The notes beneath the pieces were generated by a model. It made no database searches. It was not told the DNA's origin and saw only the letters and a program-made list of their open reading frames with translations. A stretch of DNA of 60,013 bases from Tubiluchus corallicola (lineage: Eukaryota; Animalia; Priapulida). Of the stretch, positions 44,401 to 55,870 are shown one piece after another. Numbering within the stretch: the stretch's first letter is position 1; the number at the start of each line of letters is the position of its first letter. A program made the position numbers and the translations under genes. The stretch is from positions 1-60,013 of the forward strand of contig JAQGDQ010001135.1 of the NCBI GenBank assembly GCA_030141605.1, read 5' to 3'.

Positions 44401-45949
44401 AGTTGCCCATGTGAATTCTGTCCATTTTCCATGATCACAAAAGATCAGAGGCCCTGAAGGAAATACTCAGCAAAAGTATTAAAAGTAACTAAGAATGACT
44501 TACCAACAACAGTAACTTTTCCTTCACGTGAGTTTTCACTTGATCCTTGAAATGGCCTATACTTGCAGTAATAGGAACCATCCCGTTGATTTACATTTAT
44601 ATTCAGAACATTTATACTCCAGTCTCCACTGGTAGGAGCATCAATGTCAAGATACGTGAAGTTTACACCATCTATGTCTTGCGAATCACCATTACGAAAC
44701 CAGGTAACACCGTGACCATTGTGGACATAATCGCTCTCTATCACACATGTTAGCACAACATCATCTCCAGGAAGAGCAACAACATCCTCGGGTTCTTGTT
44801 CAAAAGGTGTTGCTTGCGTTTCATCCTGCACACCTGCAAATCAAGCGTTTAACCAAGTAATCACAGGTTTGGAAATTTTAACTTATATGTATTGAAGCTC
44901 ATGTTGACATCAAGTCTCAAGGTGACAAATGTGATTAAGTTAGAGACAGTCACACCTAAGATAAGGTAAGTGACTAAGGCAAGGTTCACCTAATGCCTGT
45001 ATTTAATCTACTAGGAACATTTCTGTGGAAATATGAATTATATAACAGGACTTTTCGTTATACAAAGGAAATAAACCAGCTAACAATGTTTCTGACCCGT
45101 CAGAAACTGAACATTTTGCAAACAATAGTTGTAAAATTCAGCTTTAAAAATCAAGAGATGGCATCCTTTTTTAAAAATGCTCTTTTCTTTTATTGAATTG
45201 CTTGAATACATGGAAAGTGTATTTCACAATGAAGCCTCAGCATTTAGTTTTTCAGCCCATCACCCACGGGTCAAAGGTCAAAAATCTTGCCATAACTTAC
45301 GTCATTCAGTTTGTCTCATTGAGGGCCTTTCATTTGATAAACAACAACCTGCTTTTGGTAGACCCTGGAAGACATTTGTCCCCTATTTTGCCCCTAACTG
45401 GGTCAGAGGTTGACGATTCACACTGTAATCAATAACATTCGATTCTATTCATCAAGACCTTTCATTTGATATGCTATATGGTAGTATTCGTAGACACTCG
45501 ATGCATTTCTGTTAACGACCCCCATTTTTCGGTTTTTGCCCCCTAGTGGAAAATTTTTTACCCCTCCAAATCGCCCATATTTTGCCATATCCAACAACTT
45601 GGCTCCACTTAACCACATGCCAAATATTGTCGCCCTAGCTCAAAAACGATGGATCCTAAAGAAAAATAAACGAAGACTCGACCACTCCGTGACCTTTGAC
45701 CCAGCGACTCAGGTCACGTGTATACGCATATAACTTTTACCAGAGAGTGTAACCTGTGAGTTTTGTGTCCCTAGCGCTCAGCATGTAAAAGGTCACAAAT
45801 TGGGGGACCCCAAATTTTGCATATTGGCCCCTCACTCGGGCATTTAAAGCATGTGAGCTTAAGATATTATGAAATGTTTTTTTAATGTTTTACTTACAAG
45901 TAACGAATATGAAAAGACTCAAATACAGCAGTGTATCGTATGACCTCAT
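41489..45949 (-). CDS. Ig-superfamily gene A: signal peptide, V-type Ig, split C2-type Ig, third Ig, GPI-type C-terminus (nectin/CADM-like ectodomain layout), 372 aa
   Basis: Exons 45898-45949 (MRSYDTLLYLSLFIFVT), 44504-44833 (V: LTC..W..DGSYYC), 44055-44198 and 43459-43644 (C2: LKC..ISW / PEDNGKQLTC), 42757-43080 (LICDANGNPEPSYQW..DGGTYTCTARN), 41489-41571 (EQNGCNFPRKFLFGHVVILTVIVYFVR-stop). All introns are GT-AG phase 1; the total of 1119 nt is in frame. Confidence 0.88.
42065..42272. repeat. Same 41-bp minisatellite, ~5 copies, in the last intron of gene A
   Basis: Position paralogous to 27188-27880. Confidence 0.85.
43964..44072. repeat. 36-bp x3 tandem repeat spanning the exon 3 splice donor of gene A
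   Basis: TAATTAGAAAGATATTACCAATAAACCAACTTATGG x3; single copy in gene B. Confidence 0.92.
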
Positions 45950-46166
45950 TTTGCTGATTCAAGCAGGTTTTCTAATATCTCTTTAAGATGACAAGCCCAG
46001 TGATTGCTAAAAATAAAAATAAGACTCTGTGATTGGAACATTGTAATTATCTTCTAAGATGCTTTGGAAGACCACACCCTTTGGAAGACCTCAATGTGAA
46101 GTTGAAGATTAGCCTGGTCTCCATCAGATTGCAGCAAGGTCACCTGGGTCTTAGTAACAGTAACAC

Positions 46167-47965
46167 ATTCTGATGCTGTAGTAGGAGTAGCGTAAAATGT
46201 AGCAGAGAACACGAACTCTGAAGGTGTAGATGATTCTGATGCTGCAGTAGGAGTAGCGTAAAATGTAGTAGAGAACACGAACTCTGAAGGTGTAGATGAT
46301 TCTGATGCTGCAGAAAACACAAACTCTGAAGGTGCAGAAGATTCTGATGCTGCAGAGAACACAAACTCTGAACGTGTAGAAGATTCTGATGCTGCAGAGA
46401 ACACAAACTCTGAAGGTGTAGAAGATTCTGATGCTGCAGAGAACACAAACTCTGAAGGTGTAGATGATTCTGATGCTGCAGAGAACACAAACTCTGAAGG
46501 TGTAGAAGATTCTGATGCTGCAGTAGGAGTAGCGTAAAATGTAGCAGAGAACACTAAGTCTGAAGGTGTAGAAGATTCTGATGCTGCAGAGAACACAAAC
46601 TCTGAAGGTGTAGATGATTCTGATGCTGCAGAGAACACAAACTCTGAAGGTGTAGATGATTCTGATGCTGCAGAGAACACAAACTCTGAAGGTGTAGATG
46701 ATTCTGATGCTGCAGAAAACAAACTCTGAAGGTGTAGAAGATTCTGATGCTGCAGTAGGAGTAGCGTAAAATGTAGCAGAGAACACTAAGTCTGAAGGTG
46801 TAGAAGATTCTGATGCTGCAGAGAACACAAACTCTGAAGGTGTAGATGATTCTGATGCTGCAGAAAAGACAAACTCTGAATGTGTAGAAGATTCTGGTGC
46901 TGCAGAGAACACAAACTCTGAAGGTGTAGAAGATTCTGATGCTGCAGTAGGAGTAGCGTAAAATGTAGCAGAGAACACAAACTCTGAAGGTGTAGAAGAT
47001 TCTGATGCTGCAGAAAACACAAACTCTGAAGGTGTAGAAGATTCTGATGCTGCAGAGAACACAAACTCTGAACGTGTAGAAAATTCTGATGCTGCAGAGA
47101 ACAAAAACTCTGAACGTGTAGAAAATTCTGATGCTGCAGAGAACAAAAACTCTGAAGGTGTAGAAGATTCTGATGCTGCAGAGAACACAAACTCTGGAGG
47201 TGTAGAAGATTCTGATGCTGCAGAGAACACAAACTCTGAAGGTGTAGAAGATTCTGATGCTACAGAGAACACAAACTCTGAAGGTGTAGAAGATTCTGAT
47301 GCTGCAGAGAACACCAACTCTGAAGGTGTAGAAGATTCAGATGCTGCAGAGAACAGAAACTCTGAAGGTGTAGAAGATTCTGATGCTGCAGAGAACACAA
47401 ACTCTGAAGGTGTAGAAGATTCAGATGCTGCAGAAAACACAAACTCTGAAGGTGTAGAAGATTCTGATGCTGCAGAGAACACAAACTCTGAAGGTGTAGA
47501 AGATTCAGATGCTGCAGAGAACACAAACTCTGAAGGTGTAGAAGATTCTGATGCGGTAGCAGGAGTAGCATAAAATGCAGCAGAGAACACAAAATCTGGA
47601 GGTGTAGAAGATTGTGATGCGGTAGCAGGAGTAGCATAAAATGTAGCAGAGAACACAAAATCTGGAGGTGTAGAAGATTCTGACGTTGCAGAGAACACAA
47701 ACTCTGAAGGTTTAGAAGATTCTGACACTGCAGAGAATATAAAGTCTGAAGGTGTGGAAGATTCTGATGCGGCAGCAGGAGTAGCATAAAATGTAGCAGA
47801 GAACACAAACTCTGGAGATGTAGAAGATTCTGAGGCTGCAGAGAACACAAACTCTGAAGGTGTAGAAGATTCTAATGCTGTAGTAGGAGTAGCGTAAAAT
47901 GTAGCAGAGAACACAAACTCTGAAGGTGTAGAAGATTCTGACGCTGCAGTAGGAGTAGCGTAAAA
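46167..47965. repeat. 42/66-bp minisatellite just upstream of gene A
   Basis: GAGAACACAAACTCTGAAGGTGTAGAAGATTCTGATGCTGCA, with a +24-bp variant. Confidence 0.93.
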
Positions 47966-48520
47966 GATATTCTCCATTGCTGTTTAGGTCACCTTTCCCA
48001 AATTTGCCAATATTGTCTGGATAATAGTTGTACCCTGAACCAGTTTTTGCATTAAAATCACCTGCTACTAATAGAAAATCATAATCGATGATCGCTTTCT
48101 ATCTGTATGATACTGTCTAAGTCAATGTAGAACTTTTTACGTACCGCAGATTTTTCTCACTTACTGATAATAGAATATTGCTTGTTATCGATCTTTACTT
48201 TAATCATACAAATCCTTTCAGTCAACTCTTGAAATCTGGATGTAAACACCTGTTCGACAATGATCCCCACACCAACCCATTCTTACTGTTAATGATACCA
48301 CCATAACAGACATCATAACTTTTCCCAGTTTTTGATTTAAGAGTAATTATTCGGCTTTCAGTTAAATGTGTTTCTTGTACTGACAGTACATCTAATTGAC
48401 AACATTCCTTATCATCAGCTAAATGACTTTGTGTTCAATATCAGATTTAAGTCCTCCACTAATTGAAGGTTCCAACTCTTAGATGTTCCTTACGCCACGC
48501 ATTATTACAGATAGAATGAA
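47960..48520 (-). mobile_element. RTE-like LINE APE endonuclease fragment (degenerate)
   Basis: LRVGTFN..LDVLSVQETHL..LLVAGDFNAKTGSG..IGKFGKGDLNSNGEYLL. Confidence 0.8.
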
Positions 48521-49495
48521 AAGTAAAATACGCCAACAAACTTAAATATAGACATTCGTTGCTAGAAGACGTTATTTTCCAACGAGTTGTTGCGCGTCAC
48601 CGACAACAGCCATCTTCCACTGTCATCTGTAACTTCCATTTTCACGTCAAGCAATAAGGGAAATCCGCACTTCTGAAAGATGCTTTGGAAAAAACTTTAA
48701 ACAGATTCATCTACCACGATGAGGACGATTGAGGTTTGGCTAGCCATGACCAGATTCTGTAATGGTGCTCACTTTGGAACAACGTACTGCTGATCTTGCC
48801 AACTGTCACAAAATTGTGAAAGAACACTCGGTTTTGCAAGAGCAAGATTTCTTGTAAGGCATGCAAAAAACTATGAGGCCATTATTCCATTCGTTCACAT
48901 TTTTTTGCTTCAATGGTTAAGCAGGTATGGGTGCGCTACAGCTAATACCGGCTGAATTTTAATGTACCATCTATCAATAAATTTAAAATCAGTATGAAAA
49001 GGAGTATGCGTTGAACGCTAGGTCCTAATTTCTTTGTAAAGAAAACTGAATGAGTGATGGTATCTAGGCAATAATTTCATAGCAAAATTTGTGTCACATG
49101 CTGCAGGATTACAGTTTTTAAGCTGGTAAATTTATTACTGCACTACCTTGCACTCTAACAATTAGGCATTGATATAAAATCAATTTTCCACAGATTTTGC
49201 CTATTTTATAGATCAATTTTAGCGATCTATTCCCTTATCAGTTCGATATCATCCACTCTTCCAATCTTACTTTCCACGCATTTTGTAAATTTCACAGGAG
49301 CGTATTAAGCACCCCGTTTTGAAGTGCGTATCCTTTGATATGAAACGCGCATTTTATAACACACCACAGGCAGTTACTCTGTCAGGTTGTTACGTAAACG
49401 CCACTTAATGAACAAGAAGAAAGTATCACATCACGTGTAGTTGCACAGCCAACTTAGGGATAAGTGACAATTTAATTTAATTTATTAGGCTAACA

Positions 49496-49915
49496 CAGGG
49501 GTGTGCAAATTATTTGACTAGCAGAGACACATTGAACTTTGCCGCAATTCCTGCGGGCCACAGGCAGTTTGATCAAGGAGCCAAGTACAGTAGGACCTAA
49601 TAACGATTTTTCTGCATCTGATCTGTCACATCATTACTACTGCACTACTACACTCAAGGAACTATTTTAGAAGTTACTAAAATTTATATTAAAAACCATA
49701 TATTTCGTCATGTCCGACAGTGACATTAAGTGACAACGGTCTTGTAAAGGTTAATGCCATCCGATCTAGAGGAAAAAACTACCCACACTATATTTGCGAC
49801 ATTGGTGCAGAATTCAGCTGGATCCCGTGGGCCGCACTTTCATTACGTTGACAAACCTCTTCACAAGCCACACAAGATCTCAAGTGGCCCGCGGGCCGCA
49901 GTTTGCACACCCCTG
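49496..49915 (-). mobile_element. hAT MITE, copy 3 (more diverged, internally deleted)
   Basis: Same TIR; 8-bp TSD GGCTAACA. Confidence 0.85.
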
Positions 49916-51219
49916 GGCTAACAATTAACGTTCACAAATACATTACAATTATTATGCATTACATATTTACAAAATATTAATAACAAAGTTACAACATCCT
50001 AATTTGATGTATCGTATGCAAGTATAATGTTGTATGTATAGACAAGAACCGGGTAGTACACCACAAGTAATTGCACATTATTGGGCTTCAAATGCAAATG
50101 ACTGCAGAAATTTGCAGGGCAGAGCTATTAGGATAGAGCATGTCAAAATCTTGATACACCCTTTCTATTTTACACATCAATTTTAGCGTCTTTTTCCATT
50201 ATCACTGCATGTTTTGATTTTCCAAGCATTCAGTATTTCGTTTCTGTACAGCTGTTCTTCCATTACGTCAAGTATCTACCTTCCCTTCTACTCCAACTCT
50301 GGTTAAAATTTTTGTCAAAGTTAGATCAAGCTAACAGTGTGTGTAAGAATGATAATAGGGCCATATATGACATTTTTACCAACTGTTTTATATAATACAG
50401 TTAAGTAACACAAATTACCGTTCATAATTTACTTCTTGACGTAATTATATACTTTCACAGCTTGTCGTGTTGAAGTTGTCATGATGTAGTGTAAATATGA
50501 TATTATATTATAGTGTTAGTGGAAGCAAGTAATACTATGCTCGAAGTTTATAGTTAATTATATCTGGTGAAGTTGGCCTGCGAAATTTGGCCCACAAGCT
50601 TTGCATAAGCCTATCTTTTGTGTGCTTTGTATGTTAGCCATCAGTGATCATGCAAACTGCTAAATCACCATTTTTTGGGAAACATCTTGCACTAAGATTT
50701 TATTAGTGTATAAACTATGCCAGCTGCATCACTGTGTTATAGTATAACAATATTAAAAACCAGATGCAGGTACTTGTTCAAAAGATTTAGGTGCATCCAT
50801 TGCCTCCACGAAACACTGAACTGCTTTCTCTGTGTTTTGCTGTTTGTTGCTATTTTATAAGTTAACTTATATAATAGTGTAGGCTTTTTGGCACATTTTG
50901 TGGAGGTCTATTATTGGTCATAAGCTGCTTAATCTTTTTTTATACAGTTTGTAAAACATATTGTCATATCAGTCCTAATACCCTCATACTAAATTATGTT
51001 GTTGCATGTCCTGTATTTAGTGCAAAAGGTGATAAATAAATGACTTACTAATGAACACAGTCTCTCACTCTGCCATCTTGTGCTCATATTTCCCATCTTA
51101 AAAAATGTCCCACAGACATCTATAACTTGTGATATGTGCAAATACTTTCATAACCTAGGTTACACTGAGCATTACCACTAATAAACAAAAGCTTAGTTAG
51201 CGCTTGCTTTGTTCTAGGA

Positions 51220-51704
51220 CAGGGGTGTGCAAATTGTCTGACTAGCCGGGCCACATTAAACTTTCCCCGCAATTCCTGCGGGCCACAGGCAGTTTGATCA
51301 AGGAGCCAAGTACAGAAAGGGCTAATAATGATTTTTTTTGCATCCGACCTGCGTACATCATTACTACTACACTCAAGAAACTATTTTAGAAGTTATTAAA
51401 ATTTATATTACAAACCAAATATTTCTACTTTCAGGACAGATAGTGGTAATTTCATTACAATGCATATTAGTAATGTGTATCACACAGACTGTGTAGTACA
51501 GTGACATTAAGCTACAACCGTCTTGTAACGGTTAATGGCATCCGATCTAGTAGAAAAAAACTACCCGCACTATCTTTGGGATCGTGGCACGGACTTCAGC
51601 TGGATACACTCAATTAATCGCCCGGGCCGCACTTTCATTAGGTTGACAAATCTCTTCGCGGGCCACACAAATTCACTCGGCGGGCCGCAATTTGCACACC
51701 CCTG
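51220..51704 (-). mobile_element. hAT MITE, copy 4
   Basis: Same TIR; 8-bp TSD TTCTAGGA. Confidence 0.9.
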
Positions 51705-52799
51705 TTCTAGGAGATGATTTGATGATGGACATTTATTTCCGAATAGCACAACAATAAAAACAATGGTTTAATCAAAAAAGTACTTATTATTAAAATGTTA
51801 ATAAATTTTTATTTTAAATGTTTCAAAGCAGCCATATTTACTCAGACAACAGAAAAACTTAGCAATTATTCTTTTAAAAGAACATAAAAATAATTATCTA
51901 CAACAAATAAAATGAGCATAATTCTATTACTGCGATTCTAAGAAAATTATCATACACAGTGATAACTTTCCTAGCAAAAATTTGTAGGTTCATTTCTCGT
52001 TTTAACTATTAAATTACGGGCCTCACTTTCTTGATTTAAACAACGGCTATGTACGGCTGTTATATACAGGACAACATAAAAGTCCAATTCTCAATGAAGG
52101 TGTAGGCTGCACAAGGTTTCTGGTGTTGCCTAGCTAGTCAGTCAATGATTTACATACTAAACCAAGTAACGTACTTCATTTTCTCAACAAACTGAAAGCA
52201 TTAAAATGATAAGTTTAGAATGACAACTTGACACTTTTACTTACTGCACAGACACAAATGACTACGGCACAACGATAATTTGAAATAACAATCTCCTTGC
52301 AAATTTACAGCATCTTTCAGGATAACTTTCGCATAGATTTTTTAAATGTCACCTGTGTAACTTATGGCTCTATGATGGGCAATGGTGGCTGAAATGATCA
52401 TTATCCCTACATCTGAACATACACATACTTTATACTAGGCTAAGATATGTCTATTCTTCATGGTAATAGGCAAACTATTTGTCACTAAAATGGTATTAAT
52501 TCAGTTATATTATACAAGCTCTACTATAAGATACTGTAGTTTCATGTGATCAATAGTTAAGAATTATTGATTGAAAAACAGCTGCACAAATATATCAATT
52601 AAGCACAATAATAAAAATTTATACAATATTTTTACAACTTAATAACATAGTTACAGTAAAAAATTTATTCAAACTGATTATTAATAAAAAACGCTGATGA
52701 CAGTATATGATTCGACTATATGAATGTACGAAAACTGTTACAGTTACATCAACAACACCGGAAAATTCTCTATTATTTAATTTCACTACGAAAAACATT

Positions 52800-53210
52800 A
52801 GTGCTTTATGCTTTCCACTTATGAGGGAAAGAGAAGCATTAATGTTTTATGCTTTTCACTTATGAGGGAAAGAGAAGCATTAAGTTTTCATGCTTTCCAC
52901 TTATGAGGGAAAGAGAAATATTAATGGTTTTATGCTTTGCACTTAAGAGGGAAAGAGAAGCATTAATGCTTTCATGTTTTCCACTTATGAGGGAAAGAGA
53001 AGCATTAATGCTTTCACGTTTTCCACTTATGAGGGAAACAGAAGCATTAAGTTTTTATGCTTTCCACTTATGAGGGAAACAGGAGCATTAATGCTTTTAT
53101 GCTTTCCACTTGAGGGAAACAGAAGCATTAATGCTTTTATGCTTTTCACTTGAGGGAAACAGAAGCATTAATGCTTTGCACTTATGAGGGAAACAGAAGC
53201 ATTAACATTT
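52800..53210. repeat. ~41-bp minisatellite, ~10 copies, downstream of the gene C stop
   Basis: ATGCTTTCCACTTATGAGGGAAAGAGAAGCATTAATG.. Confidence 0.88.
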
Positions 53211-53694
53211 TTGCACTGGTAAATAAAACACTTCTTAAATTTTTTACAAATACAAGTGGTTGTTTAAGAACACCATAATGAATGATAGATAATGAAGGCA
53301 TAAAACAATTTGTATTTTGCAACATCAACATTTCAGTTTTTCACTCTTCATCACACATAATTCATTGCACAATAAAATACAAAGCTGCAATTATACAATA
53401 GATAATCTTTACAGAATACTGTCATATAGGTCAATAAAATAATATAGCTAGAGAAATCAGCTTTGATTAATAATGTGTAAAATTCACAGACGATAACACA
53501 GATTTACACGGAATGTGCCGATTACGGAAAGATATTCGACAATAGTTAACGACAAAGCCGCAAACTCATCTGCTAATGTCAACAAAACATTTACAGACAC
53601 AAAAATTTTATGACTATTAAGCATCGTGTTAAAAAATAAGGTACTCTGAAAAATGGACGAATGCTGATACCCTAGCTACTGGAGACGACCACTG

Positions 53695-55780
53695 CTAGAC
53701 TCTCACGCTGGGCTTTATTTGTGAATAGACCGTAGATTCGTCGTTTCTAGGCGGTAATCCGGACTGTCCGGTTTTGATTAAATCTAGATCCGCATACGTC
53801 AAGCCTTCCACGTTGTTTGGATTCGGAGCGGGACGCGTCTGTAAAATGAAATCCAATTCAAATTAACAAGACAAACATGATGTCGCTTATTGTAGCGAGT
53901 ATGCGATTGTAGTATTATGTGGCCCATTTAATTGTCAGTCTACTACACCAAAGTACTGAATTAGTCTATGCTGCCATCTACAGTCGTTGTTTTACTCTAA
54001 TTATACAAAGTTTGTCAGAGATGTTTCTAAATATTGTTTCCTTTTGTTTTTATAGATAGTCATTAATCAGAGTAATTAGATTGTTAATTTCATGCTTTAA
54101 TTCTGGTTCTAACTCTCTTATTCAAGTTTAAATAGAGAAAAATTATAACATTATAACACAGCTTTCTGTAAACCAATAATCTCTATTCTGCTATCAAAGA
54201 AGAGAAATAGACTTTGATTTTGGTTTGACTAGTAGCCTGTAGAGTATAGGTGACCTTTCCATTTATGGTCTGTATGCATGAATGTGATGTACCTTCCAAT
54301 AGGAACTTGAATCTCTGGTCATGTGATTACAGCTTAATTCTCTCAGGAATGCAAGTTTCAGCTGATCTACAGACAGCATTGAGAAAGGATGCAAATTTTC
54401 TACTGTTAAATATCATATTGCAACTTTATGACTGTTTGTTCAATTTTGTGATTGAGGTGAACATTGTATACGTTTTACAATAAAATGATTGCAAATTTCT
54501 ACACATGAAGCAATATTCAACTTAACTAGAGCAGAGAATAATGAATTAGGAGTTATGCCGATAATAATTAACAACACACTAATAACAACACATAATAACA
54601 ACACACTAATAACAACACATTAATAACAACACATAATAACAACACACTAATAACAACACATTAATAACAACACATTAATAACTACACATAATAACAACAC
54701 ACTAATAACAACACATAATAACAACACACTAATAACATCACACTAATAACAACACATAATAACAACACACTAATAACAACACACTAATAACAACACACTG
54801 ATAACTACACAATAACAACACACTAATAACAACACACTAATAACAACACACTAATAACAACACATAATAACAACACACTGATAACTACACAATAACAACA
54901 CACTAATAACAACACACTAATAACAGCACATAATAACAACACACTAATAACAACACACTAATAACAACACATAATAACAACACAAAATTAGGAGTTACGC
55001 TGATAATAAATAACAACAATTCACTGCAGCAGCTACACAAATTCATAATCCATCACTTACTAGAAAGTACAACTGATTTTTTTCACTTGAAATTTAATTT
55101 GCTATAAGAAAATCCTGCAACAATAAGCTGTGTGCTGCTGGCAAATCAATTTTGGCAGATTTTTTCATAAATTTACACCCCTTTTATCATGCAACAGCAC
55201 ATTTGGATGAATTGCTTTCAAGTTCTCAATAAAAATTCCGGAAAAGTTGAGAATTATGCTTTCAAGTGCTGAATAAAACATCCGGAAAAATTGAGAATTA
55301 TGCTTTCAAGTGCTGAATAAGCAATTTGCTGCTTATATGTATATTGCTCCATATTTTAGTGCAACACAATCAAATGGTTTAAACGTACATAGTTTGGGAA
55401 CATTATGAAAATGTTGAACAAACGCAGGTTACGCCTTATAAAAATGTAAACACATATTTGGCTAACAGCAAAAATCATGGGAAACACAAAGAATGGGAAA
55501 AAATTTAACACGAAACGTTAAAATTATGAATGTTTTAGCAGCCAGTTTAGAAAAAGTAAATTTGAACGGAAATGTACAAACTACCTTCTGTGAAGACGGA
55601 TCTTTTTGATAAACGGATTCGAACTCCGCAGCAACTGGATGCTTCTGTGTTTCTCGTTTCTTCGTCTTATCCGGTTTCGCGTACAAGTTGGCAGTGTCTT
55701 CGAATTCTCCTTTCTGTCGCATGGCAGAGTTGTCGGGATAATGCGTCGGCTGAGGATTCATCACGTAACTGTTTGGATCT
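53695..55780 (-). CDS. Last two exons of gene C, a cytoplasmic tail with tyrosine motifs including ITIM and ITSM; upstream exons lie beyond the right edge
   Basis: Exon 55585-55780 (DPNSYVMNPQP..TANLYAKPDK..FESVYQKDPSSQK) splices in phase 0 to exon 53695-53838 (TRPAPNPNNVEGLTYADLDLIKTGQSGLPPRNDESTVYSQIKPSVRV-stop). Canonical splice sites; GC-richer than the flanks. Confidence 0.8.
54562..54985. repeat. 13-14 bp minisatellite (TAATAACAACACAC)
   Basis: Directly visible. Confidence 0.88.
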
Positions 55781-55870
55781 CTAAATGAAAGAGGTGATAT
55801 GAAAGTCAAACTGACGACGAACAAATGTTCTTTTCAAGTTCTTAAGACACGTAATGGGAACTAGTCGGCT

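Noticed and set aside
26558-45949. V(D)J-like somatic rearrangement of the V exons
   Set aside because: Each V exon is complete, including the G strand, and ends in a normal donor. CACAGTG heptamers occur (e.g. near 31361) but not at exon ends, and I saw no properly spaced nonamer.
41489-45949. Naming genes A and B as IgLON, lachesin, CEACAM or nectin orthologs
   Set aside because: Only the domain layout is similar; I recognise no family-specific sequence signature, so no symbol is assigned.
46054-47977. 608-aa and 222-aa mucin-like ORFs as a gene
   Set aside because: Pure tandem repeat, largely open in several frames, frameshifted midway, no signal peptide, and starting inside a LINE remnant. 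Kept only as a repeat and a finding.
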